In this document: positions 32,494 to 42,303 of the stretch, piece after piece
Numbering within the stretch: the stretch's first letter is position 1
How the letters are laid out: every line of letters begins with the position of its first letter
The notes under the pieces: generated by a model
Told to the model about the DNA's origin: nothing
The model's database searches: none
Seen by the model: only the letters and a program-made list of their open reading frames with translations
Source of the DNA: an uncultured Anaerolineae bacterium
GTDB lineage: Bacteria > Chloroflexota > Anaerolineae > VGOG01
Direction of reading: 5' to 3'
Length of the DNA: 64,000 nucleotides
Assembly: GCA_964390805.1 (NCBI GenBank)
Contig: CAYMKL010000003.1
Coordinates: 35,043 to 99,042, forward strand
Position numbers and translations under genes: made by a program

Positions 32494-34548
32494 TTACCGC
32501 AACACCTGGCGGATGCCGGCGATGATGGCCTCCACATTGGGAATGGCCGCGTCTTCCAGCGGCTCGCTCATGGGGATGGGCACATCGGCGGCACAGACCC
32601 GCACCACCGGCGCATCCAGCCAGTCGAACAACTCCTCCTGGATGCGCGCGGCCAGTTCGCTGATGAATGACCCCGTCTTGCAGGCCTCGGTGACGCCCAC
32701 CACCCGCCCGGTCTTCTTCACCGACGCAGCCACCGCGTCCATGTCCAGCGGCTTGAGCGTGCGCAGGTCAATCACTTCTACACTGATTCCCTCCCCCGCC
32801 AACTGTTCGGCGGCCTCTAACGCCCGGTGCACCATACGCGAGTAGGTAATCAGCGTCACGTCGGAGCCCTCGCGCTTGACGTCGGCCACGCCAAAGGGGA
32901 TGACGTAATCCTCGTCGGGCACGTGGCCCTCGACGCCGTAGAGCATCTTGTGCTCGATGAACATGACCGGGTTGTCGTCGCGGATGGCCGCCTTGAGCAA
33001 CCCCTTGGCGTCGTAAGGGGTGCTGGGCATGACGACGTAGATGCCGGGGAAGTGCACCCACAGTGCCTCCAGCGATTGCGAATGGTGGGCGGCGATGGAT
33101 CGCCCAGTACCTCCCTCAGTGCGAATGACCATGGGCACAGTCGTCTTGCCGCCGAACATGTAGCGGTTCTTGGCCCCCTGGTTAGCGATCTGGTCCATGG
33201 CCAGCGGTGTAAAGTCCACGTACATGATCTCGGCCACGGGCCGCGGGCCGCACATGGCCGCACCTACCGCTGCTCCACCAATGGTCGCCTCGGAGATCGG
33301 CGTGTCGCGCACCCGATCCGGCCCGAACTCCTCAAAGAGCCCCCGCGTGGCGCCGTAGGCCCCGCCGTACAGGCCCACGTCCTCCCCCATCACGAACACG
33401 TTGGGATCACGCAGCATCTCCTCGCGCAATGCTTCCTGGATGGCCTGCCGGTACTGGATCTTGTGTGTGCCCGGACCGCCAGTCCTGCACAGTGCCCGTA
33501 GCTCCCGCTCGCGGGCCACGTCCGCCCCCGTCCACTTGAACGGTGCGTAGACGTACCGTTCCAACTCCTCCACGGGCGGTGTGGGCGAATCGAGGGCGAA
33601 CTCCGTCGCCTCCTCGATCGCCCGTTCGGCCTGCTCCTCTATCGCGTCAATCTCCGCCTCCGTTGCAACCCTCGCTTCGACCAGGCGGGCAGCGAAGGTG
33701 GGAATGGGATCGCGCGTCTTCCATACGACCTCCTCCTCCTTCGTACGATACTTGCGTGGGTCGGAGCGGGAATGGCCGTACCAGCGGTAGGTTTTGCACT
33801 CGATAAGGGAAGGCCCTTCTCCACGGCGGGCACGCTCGACGGCCTTGCTCACCGCCTGGCGCACGGCCAGCACGTCCATGCCGTCCACCACCTCACCGGG
33901 GATGCCATAGGCACAGGCACGGTCGGCGATGTCCAGTTGCGCCGCAGCTTTCTGGACGGGCGTGGACATGCCATACAGGTTGTTCTCCACGATGTAGACC
34001 ACCGGCAGATCCCAGAGGGCCGCCATGTTGAGCGATTCGTGAAAGTTGCCCGTGTTGGACGCGCCGTCGCCGAAGAAGCAGAGTACGACCCGATCTGTGT
34101 CCAGTAATTGCTGGGCCAGCCCCGCGCCTGTGGCCACCGGGATGTTGCCTCCCACGATGCCGGTGGCCCCCAGATTTCCCTTCTCCACGTCGGCGATGTG
34201 CATGGAGCCCCCCCGGCCCAGGCAGTAGCCAGTGGCGCGACCGCACAACTCGGCCATCATCTTGTTGTAATGCTCCTGCTGCGCCTCCTCTGTCTTGCTC
34301 AGGGAAGCGCCCCGGGCGTGGCAGTGGCCGTGGCCGCGATGGGTGCTGGTGATGAGGTCGTCGTCCCGCAGGGCGGAGATAGCTCCCACGGCCACCGCCT
34401 CCTCGCCAGCGTACAGGTGCGACGCACCCTTAATCAGGTCGCGCCCCAGCAGCTCATAGACCTTATCCTCGAACATACGAATCTCCCACATCTGCCGCAG
34501 GAGATCGAGGGCCTGTTCTTTGGAGATTGGATATTGAATGTTGGACAT
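32494..34548 (-). CDS. TPP-dependent dehydrogenase E1, alpha+beta fusion (acetoin/2-oxoacid dehydrogenase-like)
   Basis: STHRGHGH, GRGGSMH, FFGDGA..ENNLY, YR..GH; then GEDVG, DTPISE, HHSQS, DAKGLL. Confidence 0.92.
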   Translation of the reverse strand: MSNIQYPISKEQALDLLRQMWEIRMFEDKVYELLGRDLIKGASHLYAGEEAVAVGAISALRDDDLITSTHRGHGHCHARGASLSKTEEAQQEHYNKMMAELCGRATGYCLGRGGSMHIADVEKGNLGATGIVGGNIPVATGAGLAQQLLDTDRVVLCFFGDGASNTGNFHESLNMAALWDLPVVYIVENNLYGMSTPVQKAAAQLDIADRACAYGIPGEVVDGMDVLAVRQAVSKAVERARRGEGPSLIECKTYRWYGHSRSDPRKYRTKEEEVVWKTRDPIPTFAARLVEARVATEAEIDAIEEQAERAIEEATEFALDSPTPPVEELERYVYAPFKWTGADVARERELRALCRTGGPGTHKIQYRQAIQEALREEMLRDPNVFVMGEDVGLYGGAYGATRGLFEEFGPDRVRDTPISEATIGGAAVGAAMCGPRPVAEIMYVDFTPLAMDQIANQGAKNRYMFGGKTTVPMVIRTEGGTGRSIAAHHSQSLEALWVHFPGIYVVMPSTPYDAKGLLKAAIRDDNPVMFIEHKMLYGVEGHVPDEDYVIPFGVADVKREGSDVTLITYSRMVHRALEAAEQLAGEGISVEVIDLRTLKPLDMDAVAASVKKTGRVVGVTEACKTGSFISELAARIQEELFDWLDAPVVRVCAADVPIPMSEPLEDAAIPNVEAIIAGIRQVLR

Positions 34549-34608
34549 TTTCTCCCTTCTACTTTCTAATTTCTAATTTCTAACTTCCATCTTCTAACTT
34601 CCAGACCA

Positions 34609-35445
34609 TCAGCCCATCTCCTGCCCGCCGGTCACGTTGATGGCCTGACCGGTCATGTAGCTGGCCTGGTCTGATGCCAGAAAGACGACCACGTTACACA
34701 CGTCGTCGTAGGTGCAGCCGCGCTTCATCGGCACCTGATCAATGTATTTCTGGCGCACCTGCTCTTCAGTGATGCCCCACTTCTTGGCATACTGCTCGTA
34801 CAGCGAGTCAACCCACAACGGCGAATCGAGCAGGTTGCCAGGACAGACGGCGTTGACGCGCACGCCATACTCCGCCAGCTCCAGGGCGATGCTTTGCGTC
34901 AAGCCGATGCTGCCGAACTTGGAGGCAGCGTAGGCTGAGTTTTTGTAGCTACCCTTTTTGCCGGACTTGGAGTTGATCTGGATGATCACGCCGCTCCGCT
35001 TATCAACGCCGCTGCGCTGCGCCTTCATCACGCGGGCGGCGTGTTTGGCGCACAGGAAGTAGCCGAACAGATTCACGTTGATCACGGCCTGCCATTTGTC
35101 GGCCGGAAACTCGTCCACCGCCTCGGCGATGAGGATGCCGGCGTTGGACACGAGGATGTCGAGTTGCCCAAACTCTTGCACAGCGCGATCCACCATCGCC
35201 GCCACCTGATCCTCGTTGGTCACGTTCACCTGGACGGCGATGGCACGCTTGTCCTGAGCCCGGTCGAAGGGACGGTCGGTCTGCGCCACGATGTCGGCAG
35301 CAACGCGCTCTGCGCCCTCCAGGTTCAGATCGGCGACGACGACGTGCGCCCCTTCGCGGGCCAGCCGGCGACAGATGGCTTCGCCAAGCCCCCGCGCGCC
35401 GCCCGTTACAATTGCAACGCGGTCTTGTAGTAATTGGCCCATCAC
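34609..35445 (-). CDS. SDR oxidoreductase, sorbitol-6-phosphate 2-dehydrogenase (SrlD)-like
   Basis: TGGARGLG, NAG, INSKSGKKGSYKNSAYAASKFG, GNLLDSP, VPMKRGC. Confidence 0.85.
   Translation of the reverse strand: MMGQLLQDRVAIVTGGARGLGEAICRRLAREGAHVVVADLNLEGAERVAADIVAQTDRPFDRAQDKRAIAVQVNVTNEDQVAAMVDRAVQEFGQLDILVSNAGILIAEAVDEFPADKWQAVINVNLFGYFLCAKHAARVMKAQRSGVDKRSGVIIQINSKSGKKGSYKNSAYAASKFGSIGLTQSIALELAEYGVRVNAVCPGNLLDSPLWVDSLYEQYAKKWGITEEQVRQKYIDQVPMKRGCTYDDVCNVVVFLASDQASYMTGQAINVTGGQEMG
35248..35271 (-). repeat. 24-bp mini-element in frame in the SDR gene
   Basis: CCCTTCGACCGGGCTCAGGACAAG, translated PFDRAQDK. Confidence 0.9.
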
Positions 35446-35514
35446 AATGCTCTGTCATTGACGCAACACGTGATACGAAGCACGTGTTGCGTGCTGCGTG
35501 TTGCGTGTTCCGTT

Positions 35515-37230
35515 CTACAGCAACATGAGTCGTAAGAACTCTTCCTCGGCCTCTACCGTCCACTCGCGACCCTCTCTGAGCCTGGCGTAGACGCTGGGCA
35601 ATTTGCCTTTCAATTCGGGCAGCGGAGTGAGGGGCATCTCTTTGATGTGTGGGTAGATGACGATTTTACCAGGGAACGCCGCGTCCTTCACCGCCTGCAA
35701 GCCGTCGCGTGCGGCCTTGAGCGAGCCGACCGCTGCCACCGACCGGTTGGGCGATAGTGCGCCGGATTCCACCTGGTGTACCATCAGAAGCAGGTCTTCG
35801 ATGGTCGAGGCCGAGTGGCCGATAACCCGCGTATCCTTCAGGTAGGCGTCGCTTGAATCGAGCCGGACCTTCGTGCCCCGGGCCACGCCGGCAAAGACGT
35901 TCATCACACCTTTGGAGACCAGATAGGTCGCGACATCGGCAATGACGGCAGGAACGGGCGCCAGCACAACGATGTCGTCGAAGCCCCGCTCTTTGAAAGG
36001 GGCCATGCCTGCCACATATTCTTCTTCGTTCATTGGATTGAGGCAGATGAATTCTATACCTTTGGCCTCCGCATCGGCGGCGAAGGTGGCCCACAGATCC
36101 ATCAGGCGCAGGTCGCTGACGTCAGTGCAGACGATGGTGGAGGGGCCGTCGGCGATCTGGATGGCACGCTGGACGTGCATGCGCCCCATCGGCCCGCCAG
36201 CGCCTACGAACCAGGCCCGCCCGGCCGGCTTGAGCGCAGAGCGAACCGGCACGTCGCTGTAGGCGCGGGCAATGTCGGGGCCAGGGCCGCCCACGTAGAT
36301 CCAACGGTTGTAGTGCACGCGCCCGACGTCAACCTCAACTTTGCGGGGGAGCGGCGCGTCGGCGATGAGGGCCATGACGCCGAAGTAGGCCAGACAGGGA
36401 CTGACTGTCTCGATGAGGTCGGGATCGGCGCCCAGCAGGACGATGTCGTCCACCTTCTGCACGGGCGGGGCGGTTACGTCGTCCACTTCGATCGCCTCCA
36501 CGCCCAGCGCCTCGGCCCGCGTCCTCAGCCAGGCGGCGAATTCGGCGGGGACGTCGGTGAGCAGCAGGCGGATGGGGTGCGCAGATTCATCAAAGCCGGC
36601 AGTGATGGTATACGTGTTGCGTGTTGCGTGTTGCGTGCCAATAACCCAGGTGATTCCGCCCGCTTTGAGCGAGGTGCGGTACTTGAGCTGATAGGCGGCG
36701 ATGACACAAGCCCATGGCTCGGTGAGGGCGCTCTCCGCGTAGCCGATGGCGGATTTGAGGGGGATGAGGTAGTTACCGTGGTCCCCGTTGAGCACTCGCT
36801 GATCAATCACGTTGTACTGGGAAAGCCCGCCTTGGATCTCATAGCCGTAGGCGTAGCCCACGCCGCCCACGAAGATGTCGGCCTGAATGATGAAACGGTC
36901 GCCAACGTGATACTGGTCGCGCAGGTTCTCGCCCACGCCGACGATGGTCATGCACACCTCGTGCCCTAGCACCACCGGATCGGTCTGCATATCGCGGTAG
37001 ATGCGGGGATGTCCCTCGCCTGCCCGGATGACCTTGACGTCGGAGAAGCAAAGGCCACAGGCGTCGTGGCGGACCAGCAGCTCATCCGGGCCGTATTGCG
37101 GCATCGGTACCTCGATGGGTTGGCCGTCTCGCCCCAGGTTCTCGAACCCCGCGCCGTACAGGGGCCAGAGGCGGTTGTGGTCGGGCAGTGGCGCGTCAGC
37201 ACGCCGATAGTCGGATAACTTATCGGACAT
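35515..37230 (-). CDS. Zn-binding MDR dehydrogenase (sorbose-1-phosphate reductase-like, extended)
   Basis: GLCFSD.K, VLGHE, GGLSQY, EPWACV, GAGGPMG. Confidence 0.8.
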   Translation of the reverse strand: MSDKLSDYRRADAPLPDHNRLWPLYGAGFENLGRDGQPIEVPMPQYGPDELLVRHDACGLCFSDVKVIRAGEGHPRIYRDMQTDPVVLGHEVCMTIVGVGENLRDQYHVGDRFIIQADIFVGGVGYAYGYEIQGGLSQYNVIDQRVLNGDHGNYLIPLKSAIGYAESALTEPWACVIAAYQLKYRTSLKAGGITWVIGTQHATRNTYTITAGFDESAHPIRLLLTDVPAEFAAWLRTRAEALGVEAIEVDDVTAPPVQKVDDIVLLGADPDLIETVSPCLAYFGVMALIADAPLPRKVEVDVGRVHYNRWIYVGGPGPDIARAYSDVPVRSALKPAGRAWFVGAGGPMGRMHVQRAIQIADGPSTIVCTDVSDLRLMDLWATFAADAEAKGIEFICLNPMNEEEYVAGMAPFKERGFDDIVVLAPVPAVIADVATYLVSKGVMNVFAGVARGTKVRLDSSDAYLKDTRVIGHSASTIEDLLLMVHQVESGALSPNRSVAAVGSLKAARDGLQAVKDAAFPGKIVIYPHIKEMPLTPLPELKGKLPSVYARLREGREWTVEAEEEFLRLMLL

Positions 37231-37567
37231 TGTGTTCCTTTGGCAGCTCAAACTCGCCATCCCCATTCGGCTCGAATTCCAGCACTTTGACAATAGCATC
37301 AATGTTCAGAGGACCATAAATGTGGGGAAAGCGCTCCCCGCCTTCGGGGCCTTCATACCGGATTTCAGCCTCCACTCTGTCGGGTGCGATGCAGAGGAGC
37401 ACCAACCCCTCTTGAGCACGAAACAACGCATTTGCCACTTTGATTACCTGCTGTGGGGTTGAGCAGTGTATGAAGCCCTCAGAGTCCAAAGTATCAACAT
37501 GATAGACTCCAGCCGATTCTGCCTGGTCCCATTGTTCACGTTTTGCGATGTGTAAGATGATTCCCAT
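37220..37567 (-). CDS. DUF952 domain protein
   Basis: ILHI...W, EGFIHCS, FPHIYGPLN..A. Confidence 0.9.
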   Translation of the reverse strand: MGIILHIAKREQWDQAESAGVYHVDTLDSEGFIHCSTPQQVIKVANALFRAQEGLVLLCIAPDRVEAEIRYEGPEGGERFPHIYGPLNIDAIVKVLEFEPNGDGEFELPKEHNVR

Positions 37568-37577
37568 GGCAATCTTC

Positions 37578-38996
37578 TCATACCAATCTCGACAAGATGT
37601 CGGCTGGCGACATTGACGAATCCAGTCGCTTTAGCCTTGCCATACCGACCTTCCCCGGCGGCACCTGGTACCCCACCCCGGTGTAGAAATCGTTGCGCCC
37701 ACGTCTGGACGGCATGTGAGTCTGCGCCCATTCGCTCTGGTAGCCCAGGCCCAGCGCGCGCTGAAGGACGGTGTGCCCATAGATGAAATACGCGCCGTCT
37801 AGAAACGCCTGGCGTAGCGGGGACAGTTCCGGGGCATTGAGATCGTCCATCAGCTTTTGCCCAAAACTGTTCATCTCCGTCCCGATGTGCAAAGGCAAAT
37901 CCAGATTCTGGGCAAGCCGGACGACGTGGTACAGTTTTTGCACCTTGACGCGACGGGTCTGGGGGTCAGCAATGTTCCAGTTGCGGTCGGGGATGATGTT
38001 GAGGGCCACGACGCCCTTACTGATCAGCAAATCCAACAACTCTTCGATAGCCTGTTCGCCGGCAGAGAGGCCGTCCAACCAGGCAGCGCAAGGTAACGCG
38101 CCGCACGCTACAATCAGTTTGTGAAACTCGTCCACTGTGGGGAACGTGTCGGCACTGGGCTGAACGTATCCTATGCCGCCGCGCTTCATCAATTTGGCGC
38201 GGATCAGGTTTTGGAAACTGGGAGTGTCACCCATGAGCGTCGTTACCCGGCCAGGCTCGACGTTCAGTTTGTCGGCCCAGAATTCAATCGGGTTGGGGAC
38301 GATGCGCTCCGCGGCTCGCACGTAGGCCACGACTATATGGCGTTCGGTGGCGTTGCCCGCCGGGGTGAGGGGCAATACATCTCGTTCATAGTCAATCGTC
38401 ACCGGGGCCAGGTAGGCATTGACACGGTCTGTCATCCCCCGGTTGCGCCTGGCAGCCCGCTGCCGCAAATCGTCCAGGATGCTGGCTGTTGTCTCAGTCA
38501 CCTGGCTTGAGGTAAACCCAATGCCCATGTGGTAGCAGACGCCCGGCTCGCCCGGCGAGTTGATCTCGCGGTTGGCAAACTCGGGAATGTAGACGCGGGT
38601 CTCTATTCCTGCGCTGCCGCGCACCCCGACCAGTTCGCAGGCGTCCAGGAATTCGTCTATGCCATCCAGCACGTCGAAATCCACGATGCCCATTAACCTG
38701 AAGCCACGCCGCTTGGCCAACCAGGCCAGCGATGTGGGTGAGTGACCGTAGGCATTGAAAGAGAAAAAAGTGTGGCAGTGCATGTTGGCCACGTCTGCCC
38801 CCCCTTCATCCCCCCCAACGTTGGGGGGGAAAGAGGGGGGGCTAACACTGCCCTGCTGAGCCAAAGCGACCAGTTCTGCCAGGGCTTGGGCACGCATAGA
38901 TGGGTCGAAATCATTGAGGCTCGCTTCGAGATTCGGTTGATCCAATCCTGCTCGACCTGGATCGTCAGATCCAGGCCAACGGCGGGGATTTGGCAA
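37578..38996 (-). CDS. PHP-domain protein
   Basis: NMHCHTFFS, GIVDFD, GIE, INSPG, ATERH; start uncertain. Confidence 0.75.
   Translation of the reverse strand: MPNPRRWPGSDDPGRAGLDQPNLEASLNDFDPSMRAQALAELVALAQQGSVSPPSFPPNVGGDEGGADVANMHCHTFFSFNAYGHSPTSLAWLAKRRGFRLMGIVDFDVLDGIDEFLDACELVGVRGSAGIETRVYIPEFANREINSPGEPGVCYHMGIGFTSSQVTETTASILDDLRQRAARRNRGMTDRVNAYLAPVTIDYERDVLPLTPAGNATERHIVVAYVRAAERIVPNPIEFWADKLNVEPGRVTTLMGDTPSFQNLIRAKLMKRGGIGYVQPSADTFPTVDEFHKLIVACGALPCAAWLDGLSAGEQAIEELLDLLISKGVVALNIIPDRNWNIADPQTRRVKVQKLYHVVRLAQNLDLPLHIGTEMNSFGQKLMDDLNAPELSPLRQAFLDGAYFIYGHTVLQRALGLGYQSEWAQTHMPSRRGRNDFYTGVGYQVPPGKVGMARLKRLDSSMSPADILSRLV
38797..38842. repeat. C/G-rich palindrome inside the PHP gene, in frame
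   Basis: GCCCCCCCTTCATCCCCCCCAAC|GTTGGGGGGGAAAGAGGGGGGGC; encodes SPPSFPPNVGGDEGG. Confidence 0.75.
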
Positions 38997-39070
38997 TCCC
39001 CTTGGAGCAGTCTTGGATCCGGTGAAGCTGGCAATTCGCTGGTTGATTGGTCCCCTCCTCGGACCTCGGT

Positions 39071-40228
39071 CTAGGCCGAAAGCCGGATAACCGCCCGCAA
39101 CACACCCTTGTCGTAAGCAGCGACCGTCTCAAATGCCTCGGCGATGCGCTCCAGGGGAAATGTGTGAGTGATCAGAGATTTGACATCCACCATGCCCGTC
39201 TGCACCAGGCGGATGGCGCGGGGATAGGTGTGCTTCATGCGCCGCACCAGCTTGATGGTCAAACCCTTGTGGCGGACGGTGGATGCGTTCATGGTCATGG
39301 TGTCATCGGCCGGGATGCCGGCGACGATCACCTTGCCGCCGATGCGCGTCACCGCAGCGGCTTGCTGAGGGGTCTCCGGCGCACCGGCGGCCTCGAAAGC
39401 CACATCCACTCCGCGACCGCCGGTCAGCCTCATGATCTCGGCAACGACGTCCCCCCCCTTTTCATAAGGGTCGAGCGCTGCATCGGCAACGTAGTCCAGG
39501 GCGAATTGCCGCCGGTAGGCCAGCGGTTCGGTCATATAGATCGCGCTGGCACCAGATGCCTCGGCCACCGCCGCTATCAACAACCCGATGGGACCGGCTC
39601 CCAGCACGGCGACGGTATGCCCTGGTCTCAAGTGTGCCAGGTCAACGGCGTGGATGGCGACGCCCAGCGGTTCCAGCATCGCGCCCTCCGCAGGCTCCAA
39701 CCCTTGCGGCAAGGGAAAGCAGTTTTCGGCGGGTATGACGGTGTACTCAGCGAAAACGCCGTTGATCGGCGGCGTGCCGCAAAAGCGAACGTCCGGGCAC
39801 AGGTTGGGGTGCCCATGTTGGCAGGATTCGCACCCCCCGCAGGAGATCGCCGGCTCGACGGCGACCAACTGCCCGACGTCTAACCTCTCGACCCCCGTGC
39901 CTAACTCGGCGACCCTGGCCGAGAACTCGTGCCCCATGATGATGGGGGCGGTCACCACCTGGCTGCCGATGCGGCCTTCCAGGTAATAGTGGACGTCGGA
40001 GCCGCACACCCCCACGGAGGCCACTTTCAGCAGTACCTCGCCGGTGCCGGGTGTGGGTCGGGGCAAAGTCTCCAGCCTCAGGTCGCGGATGCCATGCAGG
40101 CGCGCCGCGCGCATTGTGTTGGTAGATTGGTAAATTGGTAGACTTGTCCTGAGCCCAGTCGAAGGGTTGGTAGACTGGTCCTGCGCGTCTTGCACAACTT
40201 CGATATTCTTGCTATCCATTTCCCTCAT
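39071..40228 (-). CDS. Zn-dependent polyol (sorbitol/iditol-type) dehydrogenase; core starts at 40114
   Basis: GVCGSD, MGHE, CGGCESC..G..NLC, EPLGV, GAGPIG. Confidence 0.9.
   Translation of the reverse strand: MREMDSKNIEVVQDAQDQSTNPSTGLRTSLPIYQSTNTMRAARLHGIRDLRLETLPRPTPGTGEVLLKVASVGVCGSDVHYYLEGRIGSQVVTAPIIMGHEFSARVAELGTGVERLDVGQLVAVEPAISCGGCESCQHGHPNLCPDVRFCGTPPINGVFAEYTVIPAENCFPLPQGLEPAEGAMLEPLGVAIHAVDLAHLRPGHTVAVLGAGPIGLLIAAVAEASGASAIYMTEPLAYRRQFALDYVADAALDPYEKGGDVVAEIMRLTGGRGVDVAFEAAGAPETPQQAAAVTRIGGKVIVAGIPADDTMTMNASTVRHKGLTIKLVRRMKHTYPRAIRLVQTGMVDVKSLITHTFPLERIAEAFETVAAYDKGVLRAVIRLSA
40143..40166 (-). repeat. 24-bp mini-element inside an octamer-repeat tract
   Basis: CCCTTCGACTGGGCTCAGGACAAG, identical to the copy at 62389-62412. 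Confidence 0.9.
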
Positions 40229-40231
40229 CTG

Positions 40232-40987
40232 CTAACCGCTAACCTTGCGGCGATACGCTTCATCGGGGCGGGTATGAATGCGATCTACGTTCTCGGCCGT
40301 CAAAAAGTGTGGGCCACCCAGGGAGTAGGTGCCGAGCAACACGCGTGCCGCTTTGACGGTCATTGCGGTGATGTTCTCCACCTCTTGGGCAGTCCGTCCC
40401 AGAGCGATGAGACCGTGATTCTGCATCAGGATGACTTTGGGGATCTCGTGATGCGCGTCAATATACCGGTCAATCGAATCGCGAACCGCACGGGTCAGGG
40501 GCAAGCCGGGATCGGTGTAGGGAACGTAGACCGAAGCCGGGCCACAATAGACGATATGATCGGGGAAGAGCCGACCGGAGACCGCCTCTTCAGCTTTCTG
40601 CGAGCAGAGAAGCGCGTTGACGGCGGTGGGATGGGTATGTCCGATGAAATTGACGCCCTCCAGTTGCAAGGCCAGGGCGTGTAGCACGGTCTCCACCGAC
40701 GGGCAGGCAGTCACGTCCGGAGTCACCTTGGCTGCCTCCAGACCCGCCTTGACATCGTCATCGCTGAGGTCATCTGTCTCCAGCAAGGCCAGTGCTTTGT
40801 CAAAGCACACCCGCACAAAGCCGGTGTGGTCAATGGTGCGCAGCTCAGTGCCGCTGGCCTTCACCCAAAAGGTATCTGCATCGGCGCGGGCAGAGGTGTT
40901 GCCCTCGCCCAGAATCACGTAGTCCGGGGCAGGGTCGCCCAGGTTGTTCGACATAGTAACAAGTTGCGACAGGATATCGTTCGACAT
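40232..40987 (-). CDS. Class II aldolase/adducin family protein (candidate rhamnulose-1-phosphate aldolase)
   Basis: GEGNTS, VKASG, PSVET.LH, HTHP, QNHGL. Confidence 0.85.
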   Translation of the reverse strand: MSNDILSQLVTMSNNLGDPAPDYVILGEGNTSARADADTFWVKASGTELRTIDHTGFVRVCFDKALALLETDDLSDDDVKAGLEAAKVTPDVTACPSVETVLHALALQLEGVNFIGHTHPTAVNALLCSQKAEEAVSGRLFPDHIVYCGPASVYVPYTDPGLPLTRAVRDSIDRYIDAHHEIPKVILMQNHGLIALGRTAQEVENITAMTVKAARVLLGTYSLGGPHFLTAENVDRIHTRPDEAYRRKVSG

Positions 40988-41022
40988 AGGGTCTCCCCAT
41001 TTGCTTGATATGAATATTGGCT

Positions 41023-42303
41023 CTAGGTCCGCTTTGAAAGCTCCTGCTTTTCATACGCTTGAACTTCATCCATGAAACTGATCCCCACGGGAACATCTTG
41101 CTGCAGGCAAAAGTAATCCCACACTGCACCAAAGGGCAGGCCCTTGAGTTCCTCGAGCAGCGCCAGTCGGCTGGTGTAATCTCCTGACATCTCCAGCTCC
41201 CGCAGTTGGGCGGTTGGCTCTAGCAGAGCCATCAGCAAAGCCCGCATGGTATTGCGGGCACCGATGACCCACGCTGCCAGGCGGTTGATACTGGCGTCGA
41301 AGTAGTCCAGCCCAATGTGCACGCGGTGCAGGAAATCGCCGCGCACGATCTCCTGTGCGATGGCCTGTAGCTCGTCCGAGAGGATGACCACGTGGTCGCT
41401 GTCCCAACGTACCCCCCTGCTGACGTGCAACAGCACCTCGTCCAGGAACGTCAGGACTGCTGAGAGCTTGTCGGAAATCACCTCAGTGGGATGAAAGTGC
41501 CCGCTATCCAGGCACAGGAGTATGTTATTGGCGATGGCGTAGCCCAGGTAGAACTCGTGCGAGCCGACCACGTAGCTTTCAGAGCCAAGGCCGAAGAGCT
41601 TGGACTCCACCGAATCCAGGTTGTACCTGGGGTCAATCTTGTCGGCCAAGATCTTGTCCAAAGAATCTTTGAGCAGCATACGGGGCGCCTTGCGGTCCAC
41701 AGGAATGTCCTTGAAGCCATCCGGGATCCAGATGTTGGTCACGCAAGGACTGCCGAGCTCACGCCCCATGCGCTCGCCGATCCTGCGGCAGGCGGTGCAG
41801 TGCTCGATCCAGAACTCGCGGATGCCTTCGTCGTAGCTGGCCAGGGTGAAGCCGCTTTCGGCCATCGTATGGGAAAAACACGTGGGATTGAAGTCCATTC
41901 CGTGGCCTGTATCTTTGGCCCAACCTATCCAGGCGGCGAAGTGCTTGGGCTGTAGTTCGTTGCGCTCGACTTTCTGACCACCGGTCTCGGCGTAGATTGA
42001 ATGTAGGTTGAGCCGATGCGTGCCAGGGATCAGGCTGTAGGCCTTGTCCAGGTCACGGCGCAGCTCGTCGGCGTTGCGGGCCTTGCCGGGATAGTTGCCC
42101 GTTGCGGCCAGGCCACCACCCAACTCGGCATCGGGCGACTCGAAGCCGCCCACATCATCGCCCTGCCAGCAGTGCAGACTGATGCTGATCTGGGCCAGGG
42201 TGTCAATAGCCTTTTCGGTGTTCACGCCGAGTAGAGAATATCGCGCTTTCGCCAGGCTGTAGGCATCCTGAATCTGTCTCTCTGTGGATTGGTTGCCCAT
42301 CAT
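41023..42303 (-). CDS. rhaA: L-rhamnose isomerase
   Basis: [73 protein letters not shown]. Confidence 0.97.
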   Translation of the reverse strand: MMGNQSTERQIQDAYSLAKARYSLLGVNTEKAIDTLAQISISLHCWQGDDVGGFESPDAELGGGLAATGNYPGKARNADELRRDLDKAYSLIPGTHRLNLHSIYAETGGQKVERNELQPKHFAAWIGWAKDTGHGMDFNPTCFSHTMAESGFTLASYDEGIREFWIEHCTACRRIGERMGRELGSPCVTNIWIPDGFKDIPVDRKAPRMLLKDSLDKILADKIDPRYNLDSVESKLFGLGSESYVVGSHEFYLGYAIANNILLCLDSGHFHPTEVISDKLSAVLTFLDEVLLHVSRGVRWDSDHVVILSDELQAIAQEIVRGDFLHRVHIGLDYFDASINRLAAWVIGARNTMRALLMALLEPTAQLRELEMSGDYTSRLALLEELKGLPFGAVWDYFCLQQDVPVGISFMDEVQAYEKQELSKRT

